Assembly: GCA_964373225.1 (NCBI GenBank)
Contig: CAYJTW010000001.1
Location: 1 to 32,583, forward strand
DNA from: an uncultured Candidatus Peribacteria bacterium
Lineage (GTDB): Bacteria > Patescibacteriota > Gracilibacteria > Peribacterales > Peribacteraceae
DNA: 32,583 bases
Reading direction: 5' to 3'
Below the pieces are notes generated by a model. That model searched no databases, was not told where the DNA came from, and saw nothing but the letters and a program-made list of their open reading frames with translations. Positions 32,022 through 32,583 of the stretch are shown in pieces (position 1 is the stretch's first letter; each line of letters starts with the position of its first letter). The position numbers and the translations under genes are program-made.

Positions 32022-32150
32022 ATTGCGATGAATGGAGGCGGCATTCACCGTGACACGGAGCCGGGTGGCGAAAAAAAAGAACGTAAAAACGCCGAGAATC
32101 GCCCTATGGACGCTTAAATCGGGTGTTATGCACAGGTTCCGAAAATGAAT

Positions 32151-32178
32151 TTGACATATATTTAAAATAGTGTACAAT
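32151..32178 (+). promoter_or_regulatory. Near-consensus sigma-70 promoter TTGACA-N16-TACAAT
   Basis: TTGACA at 32151-32156 and TACAAT at 32173-32178, about 35 nt upstream of the ATG at 32213. Confidence 0.6.
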
Positions 32179-32212
32179 ATTCACAACATCCAATTCTTTC
32201 CCCACACGTTGT

Positions 32213-32583
32213 ATGCGTCGCAATTCCTTTACCCCCTTTATAGTCGCGGGAGCCGTCGCGCTTGCCGTCTCCGGCGTCGTATCGTCCGCATCGAGCGGTC
32301 GTATTCTTCGCATAGCGCAGTTCGAAGGCACTCCTCCGGCCATGCAAGGTACGCCCCCTCCGGGAATGACTCCTGGTATGGGCGTTGGTTCGCAAGGTGC
32401 GGGGCAGGAGAAGCTGGGCATCATCATACACAGCGATAGTACGCAGGGTGGCATCGGTACCCAAGGCGGTACTCCCGGCGGTATGGGCATGCCCGGCGGG
32501 ATGATGGAGCAGATGCGCCAGAACTTCATGAATAACGGTGGGCCGACGGGTGGTACCGGTCCCGACTTCAGAAATCCGAACAG
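32213..32583 (+). CDS. Secreted Gly/Pro/Met-rich low-complexity protein; 3' end beyond the window
   Basis: My own translation from the ATG at 32213: MRRNSFTPFIVAGAVALAVSGVVSSASS (signal-peptide-like), then GTPPAMQGTPPPGMTPGMGVGSQGAG...GGTPGGMGMPGGMMEQMRQNF. The frame is open to the window end, which is why it is missing from the ORF track. Confidence 0.55.
   Translation, partial: MRRNSFTPFIVAGAVALAVSGVVSSASSGRILRIAQFEGTPPAMQGTPPPGMTPGMGVGSQGAGQEKLGIIIHSDSTQGGIGTQGGTPGGMGMPGGMMEQMRQNFMNNGGPTGGTGPDFRNPN

Noticed and set aside
29652-32100. Integrated mobile element at tRNA-Glu
   Set aside because: No integrase or recombinase gene is present, and I found no direct repeat of the tRNA 3' end by eye. 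Only the compositional shift and orphan genes support foreign origin, so it is reported as a finding and not called as a mobile element.
30567-32177. 536-aa ORF on the minus strand spanning both orphan genes and their spacer
   Set aside because: It is Arg/His/Leu/Val-rich and shadow-like. It crosses the intergenic gap and reaches into the promoter region of the next gene. The plus-strand ORFs have more protein-like composition and weak family motifs. This call is not fully certain.
32104-32529. 141-aa Pro-rich minus-strand ORF
   Set aside because: It is antisense to the plus-strand frame, which has a signal peptide and sits behind a near-consensus promoter. Pro-richness is expected from reading Gly codons in reverse.

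Overview
This is a GC-rich bacterial window made mostly of housekeeping genes. The gene content and repeat types resemble groundwater or candidate-phyla MAGs, but I cannot verify that from here.

**Plus strand, in order:**
- guaA (5' end cut by the window edge)
- an ECF sigma / anti-sigma pair
- efp
- a REP-associated tyrosine transposase (RAYT)
- a four-helix-bundle ('23S rRNA IVS') protein
- nth
- a decayed dipZ-like pseudogene
- a TrmB-type regulator
- thyA and folA
- rlmD and rlmH
- tRNA-Glu(CUC)
- two orphan proteins
- a partial secreted Gly/Pro/Met-rich protein

**Minus strand:**
- gatB, def, and a DnaQ-like exonuclease
- glnA-amtB
- one long co-directional run: HExxH metallopeptidase, orphan, truncated polyprenyl glycosylphosphotransferase, NDP-sugar pyrophosphorylase, lipoprotein, secD, folB, folK, folE
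- a CDP-alcohol phosphatidyltransferase plus CDP-archaeol-synthase-like pair

**Most unusual observations:**
1. SecD carries a complete parvulin PPIase domain inside its periplasmic P1 loop. It is preceded by a translationally coupled lipoprotein that contains a SecD-head-like domain.
2. A RAYT is flanked by GAA-triloop REP hairpins. Copies of the same hairpin sit in-frame inside thyA and rlmD.
3. AT-rich tandem arrays with 7, 8, 9 and 18 nt periods sit at gene boundaries. Some also sit in-frame inside guaA, gatB and folK.
4. A four-helix-bundle gene is bracketed by inverted heptamer arrays, which looks like an rRNA-IVS-type cassette outside rRNA.
5. There is an archaeal-type CarS-like / CDP-alcohol transferase operon.
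6. A low-GC, tRNA-adjacent pair of orphan proteins has only faint kinase-like and IMPase-like motifs.

I saw no CRISPR array and no rRNA. All domain calls come from motif recognition by eye and need HMM or BLAST confirmation.
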